Source: Mesotaenium endlicherianum (taxonomy: Eukaryota). Taken from it: DNA of 64,000 bases. The stretch lies in the NCBI GenBank assembly GCA_009602735.1, contig WELA01003352.1, positions 297,185 through 361,184 on the forward strand, read 5' to 3'. Both the position numbers and the translations under genes were made by a program. Positions 23,391-35,452 of the stretch are shown one piece after another. Positions within the stretch are counted from its first letter, which is position 1, and each line of letters opens with the position of its first letter. The notes below the pieces were generated by a model. It saw only the letters and a program-made list of their open reading frames with translations, had not been told where the DNA came from and did no database searches.

Positions 23391-26300
23391 CAGCAAGGCA
23401 GAGGACTATTCTATATAGACCATTGATGGGACTAGTAGTATAGACAAGTAGCAGACATCTAAAGGGAGTGATTACGTAGTTATGTGCTCCTTTGGAGAAA
23501 AATGTGAGCATTGCATTCAGGCACAGTTGCAAGGAGGGCGGGGAACGTGAGTAGGGGGGATTCAAAATGCACCTTTCAAGTTTCTAGAGTAAATATGTTG
23601 TCTTGTTCGGGTACACTCAAACTTCAGATCGATGGTGTATTTCAAGGTCTAGGTTTGCAAGCTGATATTTTGCTATATGGTGCAACTCCTTGTCTTACTT
23701 AGTTTCTTCTTTTGTCCTGCAAATTGGTCCAGATTGCGCAAAGGACGTCTTGCCAAAAATGGAAACTCGTAAGCTTTTTGTCTTGCAAGAGTGTGGATGT
23801 CTTCATTTCTGCCGCTTTTGATTCTTGAGCACGAGCAAAAAAGAACTAATATGCACTCGCAGCTGCATGTTGCCTGTTGGTATCATCAGCTGTTGCAAGT
23901 TTGTGGTTTCATTGCTCGTCGCCTGTATCAAGTATCCAGTAAAAGTGACATTTTAGGCATGCTGTCCTCTATTGTTACAGATGACTTGATTAATTTGTTC
24001 CACTTCGTGCAATATTCATGTCATGCTATGTTCAAAAGGTCCAGGGTTAATGTAGAAGCTGGTTGGTAGCTATGCAAGGCAGTCTCTAAGATATTGTTTT
24101 TCAATGTAAGGCGTGCAAAGTGTTCCATGCAGCTTGCGCGGAGGATGTAAGAATAATCTTATCGCACCACCATGTTGTTGCGTATGAATGCATGGTTCTA
24201 TTGCATGTTGCTTCACAAGACGAGCCAGAGAAATATAATTTATGTGCCTGTACGGCTGTCGCCAATTCATGTTATGGTGCCGGTTGCCATGCTTGTTGCT
24301 CGTAGATGGAGCTTGGAGTCAAATCCTGGCGCAAAACCAAATTGCCAGCTTACTTCACACAGTTCCCATACCTTATGCTTGCAGCTTGAGAGTGGAGAAT
24401 CGTCCTTATCAACGACTACATGTACGGCCCTAGATTGTGATTATTTTGACCTGCACAACGTATTCCTATATCTATTAACACCTAAGCCTAACAATCACAG
24501 TGCAAAAAACGACAGCCTGTTAGTTGCAACCTTGCAAGAGAGGCACTCTATGGAGCACCACTTGTTTGATAATGAGATCTGCTTTTTGCCAACGTTATGC
24601 CAGAGCGCACGCCTGAGGTGGGGCACTCCCCAGTCCCTGCCCCCCTCTCCCTTCTTTTGTCTCTTCAATGCTGGATAGCCCTCGCGCGCTGCTGCGACCT
24701 GCTCCTTACTACCGCCACCATGGCTGCTATTCTTCCCCGACTCACCCCCGACAGCAAGTGCTGCAGTGGCTTGCGTGATTGAGACAGCCGCTACCATTGC
24801 AACTCTTAGCGATACACGTTCGACAGACGTTTCGCGCATCTGGACGTGCACAATTGATTGGGTACCATCTAAAGGACGGCCCCACGTGAACAATCTGATG
24901 ATCAAATAGCGCTTGACAATGCAGCAGCTGATGACAATGTGGCACCTCCTCCTCGATTATATCCTTCGGACGCACCTGACATAGTTTAAGGCATGGCGGC
25001 GGGAGGTGCCAGCTGTCATCCCTCTCGGCCCATCATCTGTCGCCACCACCACAGTGCGCCCTGCGCCCAGCCACGTGTCATCACATCATTGCGAGCGCAG
25101 GACGGCCATGTCAGCCACGTGCGCAAGCATGCCCCCCACCCACAGCTTGCCCCACCATGGTTTGAACTTTGGATTCACGGACCAAGTCCGAAGTACGGAC
25201 AGAGTACTCATCAAGAATGTGCAGATGACGGCTGCCATAGCAGCCCATGCCAGCGGTTTTCCAACCTCCTTGGACGGAAGCCCAAAAAGCTCAGTCAACG
25301 CCCTTTAGAAAACTCTGGAAGTGGCGGTCCATGACTCCAAGTCCAACCTTATACCTGCCCTCCACCACAGCCCAAGGAAACGATGCAGAAAAAGCTGCCC
25401 TTGTCGCTCCTCACACCCACCCCCGACCGCCAACCCCACTCCCACCCCCACCCCCANNNNNNNNNNNNNNNNNNNNNNNNNNNNNNNNNNNNNNNNNNNN
25501 NNNNNNNNNNNNNNNNNNNNNNNNNNNNNNNNNNNNNNNNNNNNNNNNNNNNNNNNNNNNNNNNNNNNNNNNNNNNNNNNNNNNNNNNNNNNNNNNNNNN
25601 NNNNNNNNNNNNNNNNNNNNNNNNNNNNNNNNNNNNNNNNNNNNNNNNNNNNNNNNNNNNNNNNNNNNNNNNNNNNNNNNNNNNNNNNNNNNNNNNNNNN
25701 NNNNNNNNNNNNNNNNNNNNNNNNNNNNNNNNNNNNNNNNNNNNNNNNNNNNNNNNNNNNNNNNNNNNNNNNNNNNNNNNNNNNNNNNNNNNNNNNNNNN
25801 NNNNNNNNNNNNNNNNNNNNNNNNNNNNNNNNNNNNNNNNNNNNNNNNNNNNNNNNNNNNNNNNNNNNNNNNNNNNNNNNNNNNNNNCCCCCACCCCCAC
25901 CACTTTGCTTGCCTGCACCCATCCAGGCCCCTAATTATAAATGTCCAGAAAGTTTTCTTTCACTCCAGGTTTTCTTTGCAACACGCCAGCAGAAGGAGCA
26001 GGAACATGCATGATGCGCCCCTGCAAATCCCCTCAAACCAAGCTCCAAGCTCCAAGCCCTGAAGCCCTTGCGTAGGCAACGCTTCATCTGCCCTGAGGAT
26101 GGCAGGCAGCAACTGCGGCCACTCACGATTCTGACAAGGAAACGTCATGTGGCTGCCGCTGTCCTTGCTGCTGCTATGCTCCTCATACAACATGGGTGTG
26201 GCCATGTTGTCTCACTAACCAGCCAAGGTGGAGGGTGGGGTCGGGGTGAGGGAAAAGTTGGGGTGGGGCTGGGGGTGGGGTTTTTGGGGGGGGGTGGGAT

Positions 26301-29300
26301 GGGCGGCAGTACCAGATGGCAGAGAGTGTGACTCACACTGGCGCTGGCACCAAATAGACGAATTGTAAAAGATGAAGGGAAGGCTTGCTGAGAGGCGTGA
26401 GTTTGGAGGTGTAATAGAAGTGCCTCAAGGCTCAGTAGACAGACCCGTTGAGGAGCGGTGTTATGAGTGCGTTTCATTTCTGTAAGTGAAGGTAAGTGAG
26501 TAGGGCACCAGGTGACCGAGAGCCAGCTGCTAATACTTGGAAAGGAGGGGGGGGGTCCAAGTGTGCGAAAGAGCACATAGGGCAGGAGGGAGGAGAGATT
26601 TGAAATGGTGATGAGAGGGGGTAGAACAATACCATCATAGCAGCCCACGATTTGCGTTCCTCGCTGTCTCTTTTTGCAGAGTTGCAAGAGTGTGAAATCA
26701 CGATGCGGCTTACGTACAAAGTGTCACAATACTGTCCCTGCACTCCCATCACTTATGCAAATCTCCAGACTCCCACGCATTATTGTGTAATTTGCTGATT
26801 GACAATTGCCCAGCCAGGCAAAGATCAATGTAAAAAGGTGTGGGCATAGACGATAGGAGGTGCACCAATCGTGAAAACCCTAGTTGTAAACCCCTAACCC
26901 TCAAACCGACTGCAGGCGCGCAACACTCGGTCCTTGGCCCTGAATGGTCCCAACCACTGCTGCTTCCTGCAACAAAAGTGGTAGCCCTCGCCGTCGGCAC
27001 AGACAAGTTCTAGGGGCAGCTAACAGGCTGCAACCTGAATAGGCTCTCCGGCGCACGACACCTGTTCACACTGCAGCCCCGCCGGAGGGCTCAAGCATGC
27101 CTGCCGGTCCTTGAGCATGAAACGTGTGGATGTGCAGACTCCAGACCCCAAAGTGCCGAGTGGGATGCGGAGTGGGAGTGTGTGACTGGCAAGACATTGC
27201 GGGCACAGTCTACTGTGAGACGGAGAGCTAGAAAGAGGACAGAGGTTTTGGGGGGAGGAGGAGGGGACGCGCGCGGCGGCTGGGCATGGGGGGGATGGGG
27301 AACGTAGGAGGTGCTGCCAGCTGTGCGTCTCTGGGGCAGCCAAACTTCAAAAGGGGGTGCAGAATGCCCCCGCTCTCCAGCCCCCCAACCAAGCCCATAG
27401 CGATTCATTCCTTTGACAGATTCTGGGGGGTTGCTCAAAATTCGCCTCACTCATACCCCTGGCAGAACATTGAGGCGGCAGAAGAATGACGCTGCCTGGG
27501 GCGAAACAGACGATTCTTCATAAACAGCAACAGGCCACTATTTTGGGGGACTTGCCCCTACCTTGAAAATGGTGGCCACAAACATTCGAGGGTGGGACCG
27601 CGAGAGCCCCCCAACAGCGCAGCCTTAGCACAACATTTTACCCAATGAAGCTCACCATGTCAGCATGCCCAATCAGCATGCCCCGAGCTAGGCCGTACGC
27701 GTGCGTTGAGGATGGGGGCTGGGAAGTCACAAGTGAGCAGGGGCAGAGCAGGTCACAGAAAGACTGAGTAGGTTAGGGTAATAGGGAGGGGGCCAAACGT
27801 GCGCATCTTGGCAGGCAGGAAGGAGCTGAGGAAGGGCAGAAGGAGGGGAGGAATCCGCAGGCAGGTGATGCGGGCTAAGGAAGAGTGAGCCTTGAGGGCC
27901 AGTCCCAGATTTCGATTATGTGGAAATAGAAGTCTACGGTGGGCGTTGCAGCTGGGCCAGAAGAGGCCGGGCAGAGGCAGGAGATAGCAGGGATCACAGG
28001 TTTGCAAAACCCAGCTTTCTATTTTCCAAAGTGGGGTTAGGACTCATTGGTTCCGAGTGCGAATGTAATGGGGAAGCGCTACGGCTTGGCATGGGACCCG
28101 GGCAGGAGCTGCCCAAGATCTGGACTGCCCGGCAAAACTGTAGTGAGCAGTGGGCAAGATCACGAGTCTGATCACGAGTCTCAAGTTTGGACTCGGGTGG
28201 AAGGGTTTGCATTTCAGGTTTTCGGTGTTCTGCTTATAAGCGGGAGCAGGAGCGAGGGCAGGTGCCACAGCAGGGGCTGAAGCGGGACCCAGCGATGATG
28301 AGCTCTGCCAGCATTCTCGATGCTAGAGCCTGCCAGCAGGCCCCCACACAGCTCATCGCGTGCATTGCCTTGAAACTTTGCTTCTCATCCACTGACTGAA
28401 ATTCGGGCGAGCATCGCAGTTCAAATGACAAGCAACCGCCTACAAGGCCGGGAGCAGGCTGCGGGAGGAGCTGCATGGGCGAGGGATGCGTCTAAGGTTT
28501 GGGATTGCAATTTGAGGCATGAGCAGCTAGAGTTAGGGTCCAAGGCCTTCAGTTTCAAGAGGCAATGCAGTAGCTCAAGCTGATATTTTGACAGCTGGTG
28601 GCTCCCTAAAAGCCCGACACAGAGATGAAGAGGGTGGGCCTGGGGTTCTGGCGAGGGCGTCAACGAACTTGACGCACCCAGAGCAGAGCCCAAAGGGGCG
28701 AAAGGCCTGCCACCGTTGGGCTGACTCCTGAGCGGGGCAGGAAGGACGCCGCAGGGCCTTGCTATAGTACACAACGCAACAAACACAGAAGAGTTCCCCT
28801 CGAGACTGCATGAAGACTTGATGCCACCATGACCAGAGCCCTGAAGGGTAAGCCTAGGCGTACATTCTCGAGTTTCGAGTATCACTCGAAATTCAACATT
28901 TTTCCTGATGCAAATCCTGATGCAAACACCCGACGGAAGAAAAGCTGCGCTGGAAAAAGAGAGAGAGGGGGGGTGGACGGGGCAGGGCGGGGCGGCGCGG
29001 TGGTTGAAGGAGGGGAGGGGGGGGCTTTTATTGCTGCTGAACGAGCAATATTTCTTCAATCAAGTTTCTGGCTTGAAGGCATCGGGGGGCGACTTTTTGG
29101 AGCTGGGGGCTCATATGGAAGCTAACACTTGCAAGCATAAGTGCAGAGGTGAGAGTTTGCCAGCCTGGGGTGATGCGATGCAAAAGGGCACGCATCAGGG
29201 AAGTAAAGGCATGGGCGCCATTTGTGAGTAAGAACTGAGGGATGAGGGGCTAGCTGGCTATCTTAACCTGGGATGCCAAGGGGGGGACAGCGTAGAAAGA

Positions 29301-30103
29301 GGGGAACAACATCAAGGGACACGGGGGGCCGTAGTTGTAGCAAGATTGTAATAGGGTGAGGAATTTAAGGATATGGGAGGACAGATAGACGGGGCCAAAG
29401 TAGCTAGGCAAGTCGGTACATCCACACAGTGATGCTCCAGATTTGTGAAGTGAGAGAAGCAATACAGAATACTTTGTGTTTGCATGTGGTTTGAAGTAAA
29501 TTGAACGATTACTGTCCTTCTAGTGGCCTTCAGACACAGACCAAATGACACCTAGAGGTCATAGAAGACGTCATCGTGTGCATTTGGCCTTCTGTTGCAA
29601 AAGAGAAGAACATTGGTCCGCAAGCAAGCTTGTCGAGCAAGGTAGGATAGACACCACACAGCAGGTGGGAGTCGGGACGCACTCTCCGGCTGGCAGACCA
29701 GAAACTTATATCAACACTACTACTGCATGCTGCTCCAGTGTTACTCTTTGATCATGAAATCAAAGAAAGTTAGTCAGCCCTGCACAACAAGCTTGAAGTG
29801 ATATCGGTGTTGACATGGTTGCACACTGCATGCGTCTTCTCATGCAGTGGCGGTTACTGACAAAAGAAACCTGGTTCAGGGATTTTGTGATTGTCTTCTT
29901 AGGGCCATGCATCGCATTGACGAAGCAATTGTTCGATCCTGCCCACCAAAGAATGCTCTCATTTGTCTCTTTATTTTTTGATCAAAACGGGTACCCAACA
30001 GGACAAATATCATCGTGAATTAGAACATTGATCAAAGACATATGATGCTAGTAGCCTTCAAAACGTATACTGGTTCCAACCATGCATTCCATGCAACAGT
30101 GAG

Positions 30104-30153
30104 GCCAGCACATGAGCTAAGCCTGCATGCCAGCACATGAGCTAAGCCTGCAT
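30104..30153. repeat. 2 x 25-bp perfect tandem duplication
   Basis: gccagcacatgagctaagcctgcat occurs twice in tandem. Confidence 0.9.
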
Positions 30154-31001
30154 GCCATCGTAGTGGTACTTACAAGCCAATACAGGGCTAGGATTGCGAT
30201 ATGGTCCAAAATTGCGACGCACCATACACCGATCTTCTTGAGTGAGTTTCTACATTTTTGCTGCCACCTAGTATACAAATGCACCGAGTTTCACGCATCG
30301 GCTACTTCACTAATCTCAAAAAGTGAGAAAAACTTCATGAAGTTTCAAAATCTCTTTTCATATGCAATATGCAGTATGGGGATCATCTTGCCTCGATCAA
30401 GAGGGTGTGATTTGAGAAGAAATCATCACATGCATCAGTGGATGAATAGAGGTCATTCCTTACCCTGCACCGCAAGCTAGAAAGAAGTTCTAATACAGAT
30501 CTGTAAGAGTGTTCTTTGCAAGACGCTTTTCTTGTTGAATGGATGTCACAATTATTGTCAATTAAGCTTCAAGATTATACATAGCTACAGAATGGTTTTT
30601 TTTTCTTTTTTTTTGGAAGGATGCCCCAGTTGGTCTGCATACGTTATTTGCATGTAAGCTTCGCTAAAACATCCTTTGTGTTGGCTATGCAGAAGTAAAT
30701 GATTAAGAAGGCAAAGCAGGAACATCGACGCGGCTCATATAGTTGGCTAATTGCAATAAAGATCGAGCAAGAACTTCAGAAGACAGAGAAATACGTGGAA
30801 AATTTGACGTCAATACACGAGCAGGCCCACTTAGATGGCAGCAGCAAGAGTCACAAGAGATGAGTAGAGGGGTACAGAGGAAATCATGAAGCCCACCTTA
30901 TTAGTAAGAGGATTCTGGCCATAGGAAGATACATTCTCAGTTTGCAATTTGCCAACACGCCTCTGGGTTCCAATTTCAGATTTGTGTATGTGACTTTGCC
31001 G

Positions 31002-32261
31002 ATGGGTCAGATTGCAGGCGATCCAACAAATCAGGGGAGAAACCACTTAAATTGGGGACAACCAGGGGGTCCAGGCGGTACCAGCATTGTGATCCGAGGA
31101 ACAAAAATTGATGCTCTTTCTAGAGACCTCCTGGAGCGCATTTTGAAGGCGGCCATTTACAGATATTTTTTCCAAGGAAGATGGCTCTACTACCACAAAG
31201 ATGTCATCAACGTAAGGAGGGTATGCAAAGAGTGGGACTTCAACGTGTGTGGCATCTTCAATCGCGTGCACTTTCGTGCTCACCGAGAGGCGGACGTGGA
31301 CCCTGCACTCACCACATTGCGCAAGTACAGGAGCGTGACACACGTGGGTTTCAACCCATCACATACTTGCAGCGACAAGCTGCTGAAGAGTATGGCAAAG
31401 GGGTTCCCTTCAATCACGTCATTTGACGTGGAGCTTCGCCAGGGGGTCAAGTATGTGGAAAACCTGCAGCATTTCGTTTCTAGGAGGACCAGCCTGCAGC
31501 ACCTGAAGCTCAGCTACAAGACCTTGCGCGAGCAGTCAAGGACCTGGCTGAAGTACCACAGCTCACTTTCAGACCTTGATTTCAAGAAGCTAACACGACT
31601 ACAGACGCTGACAGTGGACTGCAGCAGGCTCTACTTTCCAACAGAAGCAGACAGTGCTCGCGGTGCCCCCATTCCATTTCTTCCTGTAAGCGAGACAATT
31701 GCCCAGCTCCCAGAGCTAGCCGCTATCAACCTGGTAGTCTCAAATGCTGGACAGGTGGTGCAGCTGCCCTCGTGGCTTGGCCAACTGGGGTGCTTTGCCA
31801 GCCTAAGCATCACTTGCAACTGCATGGCTTATTCCAATCACCTGGTGCACTCCCTGGCAGCCATGCACTCCCTGCAGGAGCTCCGGCTCGACTTCACCTT
31901 CCCCATGGTGGTCGGCGACGACCAGATTGCGCCACTTAACGGCCTGAGGGCGCTGATGTCGCTGGCGCTCACGTACAAGATGCTTTCAGATTCCAACTTG
32001 GTCCTCGATAGCTTGGAGAGGACCATCTTCAACCCGCGCCTCCGGAAGCTGAGTCTTGACATTGACAGGCTTCCGCAACTGAGGGCGCCCATGCCCATCC
32101 TGGAGGAGCTGGTGCTCCGTCTCAGCACATCCTCTGTCCAGCACAACCTTTTTGCATTCACACCTGGCCTCCGCAGCCTGTCCCTAAAGCTCCCAAACGT
32201 GCAAGTGCTGCCCGAGGTCGAAAAACACCTCACAGGGCTCACTTGTCTCACCATGTTGTAG
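31002..32261 (+). CDS. F-box/LRR paralogue 3, C-terminally truncated (possible pseudogene)
   Basis: IDALSRDLLERILK...VRRVCKEW. Colinear with the other paralogues to LTGLTCL, then stops. First ATG is at 31002; the true start is uncertain. Confidence 0.75.
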   Translation: MGQIAGDPTNQGRNHLNWGQPGGPGGTSIVIRGTKIDALSRDLLERILKAAIYRYFFQGRWLYYHKDVINVRRVCKEWDFNVCGIFNRVHFRAHREADVDPALTTLRKYRSVTHVGFNPSHTCSDKLLKSMAKGFPSITSFDVELRQGVKYVENLQHFVSRRTSLQHLKLSYKTLREQSRTWLKYHSSLSDLDFKKLTRLQTLTVDCSRLYFPTEADSARGAPIPFLPVSETIAQLPELAAINLVVSNAGQVVQLPSWLGQLGCFASLSITCNCMAYSNHLVHSLAAMHSLQELRLDFTFPMVVGDDQIAPLNGLRALMSLALTYKMLSDSNLVLDSLERTIFNPRLRKLSLDIDRLPQLRAPMPILEELVLRLSTSSVQHNLFAFTPGLRSLSLKLPNVQVLPEVEKHLTGLTCLTML

Positions 32262-32632
32262 TCTACAATACAGATGCGGGACATGGTCACTGGTCACTAG
32301 CACCTGCAGGCTGCAATATAGGCTGCGAGGCAGGCTTGCCCGCACAATCGCTCATGTTGAGCTTATGACAACAGCAGCTGTGGTGACTGGCCTGATGCAA
32401 TTGCCATGCTAGGGGTGCATGCCAGTTGGTCCTCAGCACCACGCAACAGCTGGCTTGCTACGGCCCAGGCTGCTCAGCGGCGCAGCATTCTTGACTCCAA
32501 GAGGCTAGAGCTACAGGGAGTGGGTGCGAGCAAGATAACAGTCCTGCACTTGCCTAGCGGGTGATTACTAGGTAAGCTGCTATGTTGGTCGGTCACCGCA
32601 ACCCGCAGCATGGGTTGAAGCCTTTTCATTAT

Positions 32633-32762
32633 GAGCCTCAGCCAACTCTTGGCCTCAGCCTGTGCTTAACTTTAGCCCCAGCGTGGCTTCAGCCTCAGCC
32701 TCAGCCTCAACTAACCTCAGCCTAGCCAATAAGCCTCACTCAGCCTTAGCATCAGCTAGAGC
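32633..32762. repeat. Degenerate (CTCAGC)-rich array
   Basis: Repeated gcctcagcc / ctcagcct motifs. Confidence 0.6.
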
Positions 32763-35417
32763 CAGGGTGCAGGATGGGGCTGAACGCAATCAAGGACCAG
32801 AGTTCATTGCACTGCCTAGTATGCTAGCCAGTCAATGATGTTGCTGGAAGCTATGAACGGCTGATGGCTTCCGTTAGCTCATGGAATCTGGTCTGCCATT
32901 GGCTTTTATGTCTTTTCAGCTGTCTTGCTTAGGGTTCAGTCCATATCCTAAAGCAGCTCCACAGATAGAGAGGTCTAGGTCGAGGTTGTCGTAGATGATT
33001 GTTTAAGTTACAATGTGTTGATTGGCCGGGTGATTTTCCCCACAAGTAACTTATATCACCACGTATTTGGGCGGCGTGCAGTAATGACATCGTCGATAAT
33101 GCTAAAAATGTGACGCAATGGAAGCGGCGGTTATAAAGGTAACATCAATATGATGCTAGAAACAGCACAAGTGCTTATGCCATTCCTCACACGGTCCTGC
33201 GGATGCTATACATACTTTCTTTGGTCCGGTAACTCCTCTTCCACTAGCTCCTGTTAACTATATGCAAGTAGCTCAACTCAAAGCCTGCTCATAAATGCGT
33301 ATTCTTATTGTTTTTTGTGCCTTTTTCTCCACGCGGTATGTGAATCCCATGCTGACAGATGCAAAGTGAATATGAACAGCATGTAAATAGCTGTATGATT
33401 TTTTACGCATGTCACTATGACTTGTTATGCGTCAACACATTCATTTTGACCAACGCTGCCACATCAACCACAAGAACATTGTCTATTTGTAGACATGATG
33501 GTTTCTGTCCCACTTTCTGAAGACAAGAACGAGGGTCTTCTTGCAACATAGTCAAAATTGCCACCAATACGCCTTCTGTTGCGGTCGTCGCAGAGCAATT
33601 ATTTCTTCAAGACACTTTCCATCAACTGGACATACAAACAAGCAGTAGAAATGGGATGCTCCCAAAACATTTTGATACACAGCTTGCTTAGGAGCATCTG
33701 ATCCACAGGCAGGGTGCTAAGTTTTCTGTCCTTTAAAGCTTGTACAAGCCTCACAAGCAAGATGCATCTACAGGAACAATGATGAGAATGAGTAGTATTG
33801 GAGGACAGGCAGTGCTCTAGGCACAATACAAGACATTTGAAGCAAAGTGGAGTATAAGGCACCTGTCCACTGCATTAAAGCCTGCCCAAGTGAGATCCTA
33901 AGGGCACAGGTGGGTGAGCAGTTCTCCTCTTGCCCCTGCCTCCCCACTTGTATTGCCCCCTAGCTTACCTCCGAGACCCATTTCAGCTTCTCGATGCTCG
34001 CGAGTCACGGCGTGGGTGCCCTCATGTGGAAATGAACGTGGCTGTTGCTTTCAGTGCCCCTGCAACACAGACGCATCAATGCTAAAGTGAATCCGGTGCA
34101 GACGCTATGTCTTATGACCGGCAAGAGGGCAAAAGTATGCAAATTGGAGGCAGCAGGCATGTCGGCTGCATGCAGAGAGGTCCAAGCACTAACTGGTCTC
34201 AAAAGTGTGCATCAGACGTTTGAATTGACCACTCATACCTCCACTTCATGGTAAGGCCCTCAGCTCGAGGCTCCAGTCGCGAGTGCCAATTTGCCAAAGG
34301 CGACGCTGCAATTGCCAGCTGGCAGGCTGCAGCAGCAACGCAAGAGCCAGGCATTCGCGGGGAGCCCGCCTAAACAACACACGCTCTGCCGGCAGTAGCA
34401 AAGCTAGCTGAGAGGGGGTGGACTGAAGCGGGCTGAATCAGGAGTGGGATCAGAAGAACAATGGTGCCTTGAGAGGGTGTGCATGTGCGCCTCAGTGGCG
34501 TCTGGACTCTGCAGCTGCCCGACAGTGCAGGGCAAGAGCACAAGCAGTCCCACTCCAGCTGGCAGCCTGCCCTGTAGTAGGCATGGCCGGTACACTAGAT
34601 GGGCACTGGGGCAGGTGTGAACAGCACAGGGAGCGAGAAAGGAAAGGAGGCACTGCGAGACGGAAGGCGAGAGGAGGAGGAGGCACGCTTGACAAGCACG
34701 CAGGTCAGTTCATGCTGGCAGGAAATGAGAACGAACTTGAGGACAAGCCGTATCTTGCGCTCAGGGTTTGCGTGGAGCCTTCCGGGGTTGGAACTTGAGG
34801 GTATAAAGTATACCAAGCTTGGGACGGAAGCACAGTACACATGTTGATCATTGGACGCCCAGTTTTTGAAACATTATTAGCTCACAGAGGGCGGAACTGA
34901 TGGATGACCCAGAAAGGGCCCGAGGATCTGGGGCCGCAGGAGGGGCGGGGATGAGCGGAGGGGAGGGTAGGGGAGGGCAAAGGGCGTGGGGGGGGGTCCA
35001 AAGGTGATGCCAGGGGCTAGCAGTCCAGTGCGAGACCTGCGGGACCCGCGATCTTGCATGAGATGGTGAGGGAGAAGGTGAGTACATCAGGAAGAGATAC
35101 ATGGGCTGGTGGTCCTGGCACCCCATCTTTTTGGGGGCATGCAGGCACAGGCACGCAGATTCCTGCTGTCTGCCTTCGTTTCTGCTCTCTGTTTACCCGT
35201 GGCTCCGGGGCTCGCTCGCTCCTTAACCACATGCGCCCGCACAGTTGCATTCTTGCTTGTGAGACGGGCCTTGCGCACGCGCATGCCCCCACTTGGAGCA
35301 GGCGTATACGAGTACAGGGTCGGCACCCAGCACATCACACAACGCACAAGTAGGTTGCCATCTTCTCCTTCCCTCCCTCTTTCTATGTATGCGCCTGTGC
35401 GCGCCCGTGCGCGCGCA

Positions 35418-35420
<3 letters not shown>

Positions 35421-35447
<27 letters not shown>
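35421..35447. repeat. (GT)n microsatellite
   Basis: Pure GT run. Confidence 0.9.

Positions 35448-35452
<5 letters not shown>

Noticed and set aside
24495..29231. Several protein-like ORF pieces (24742-24975, 25086-25298, 28421-29059)
   Set aside because: No recognisable family or consistent splice model; possibly decayed gene fragments.
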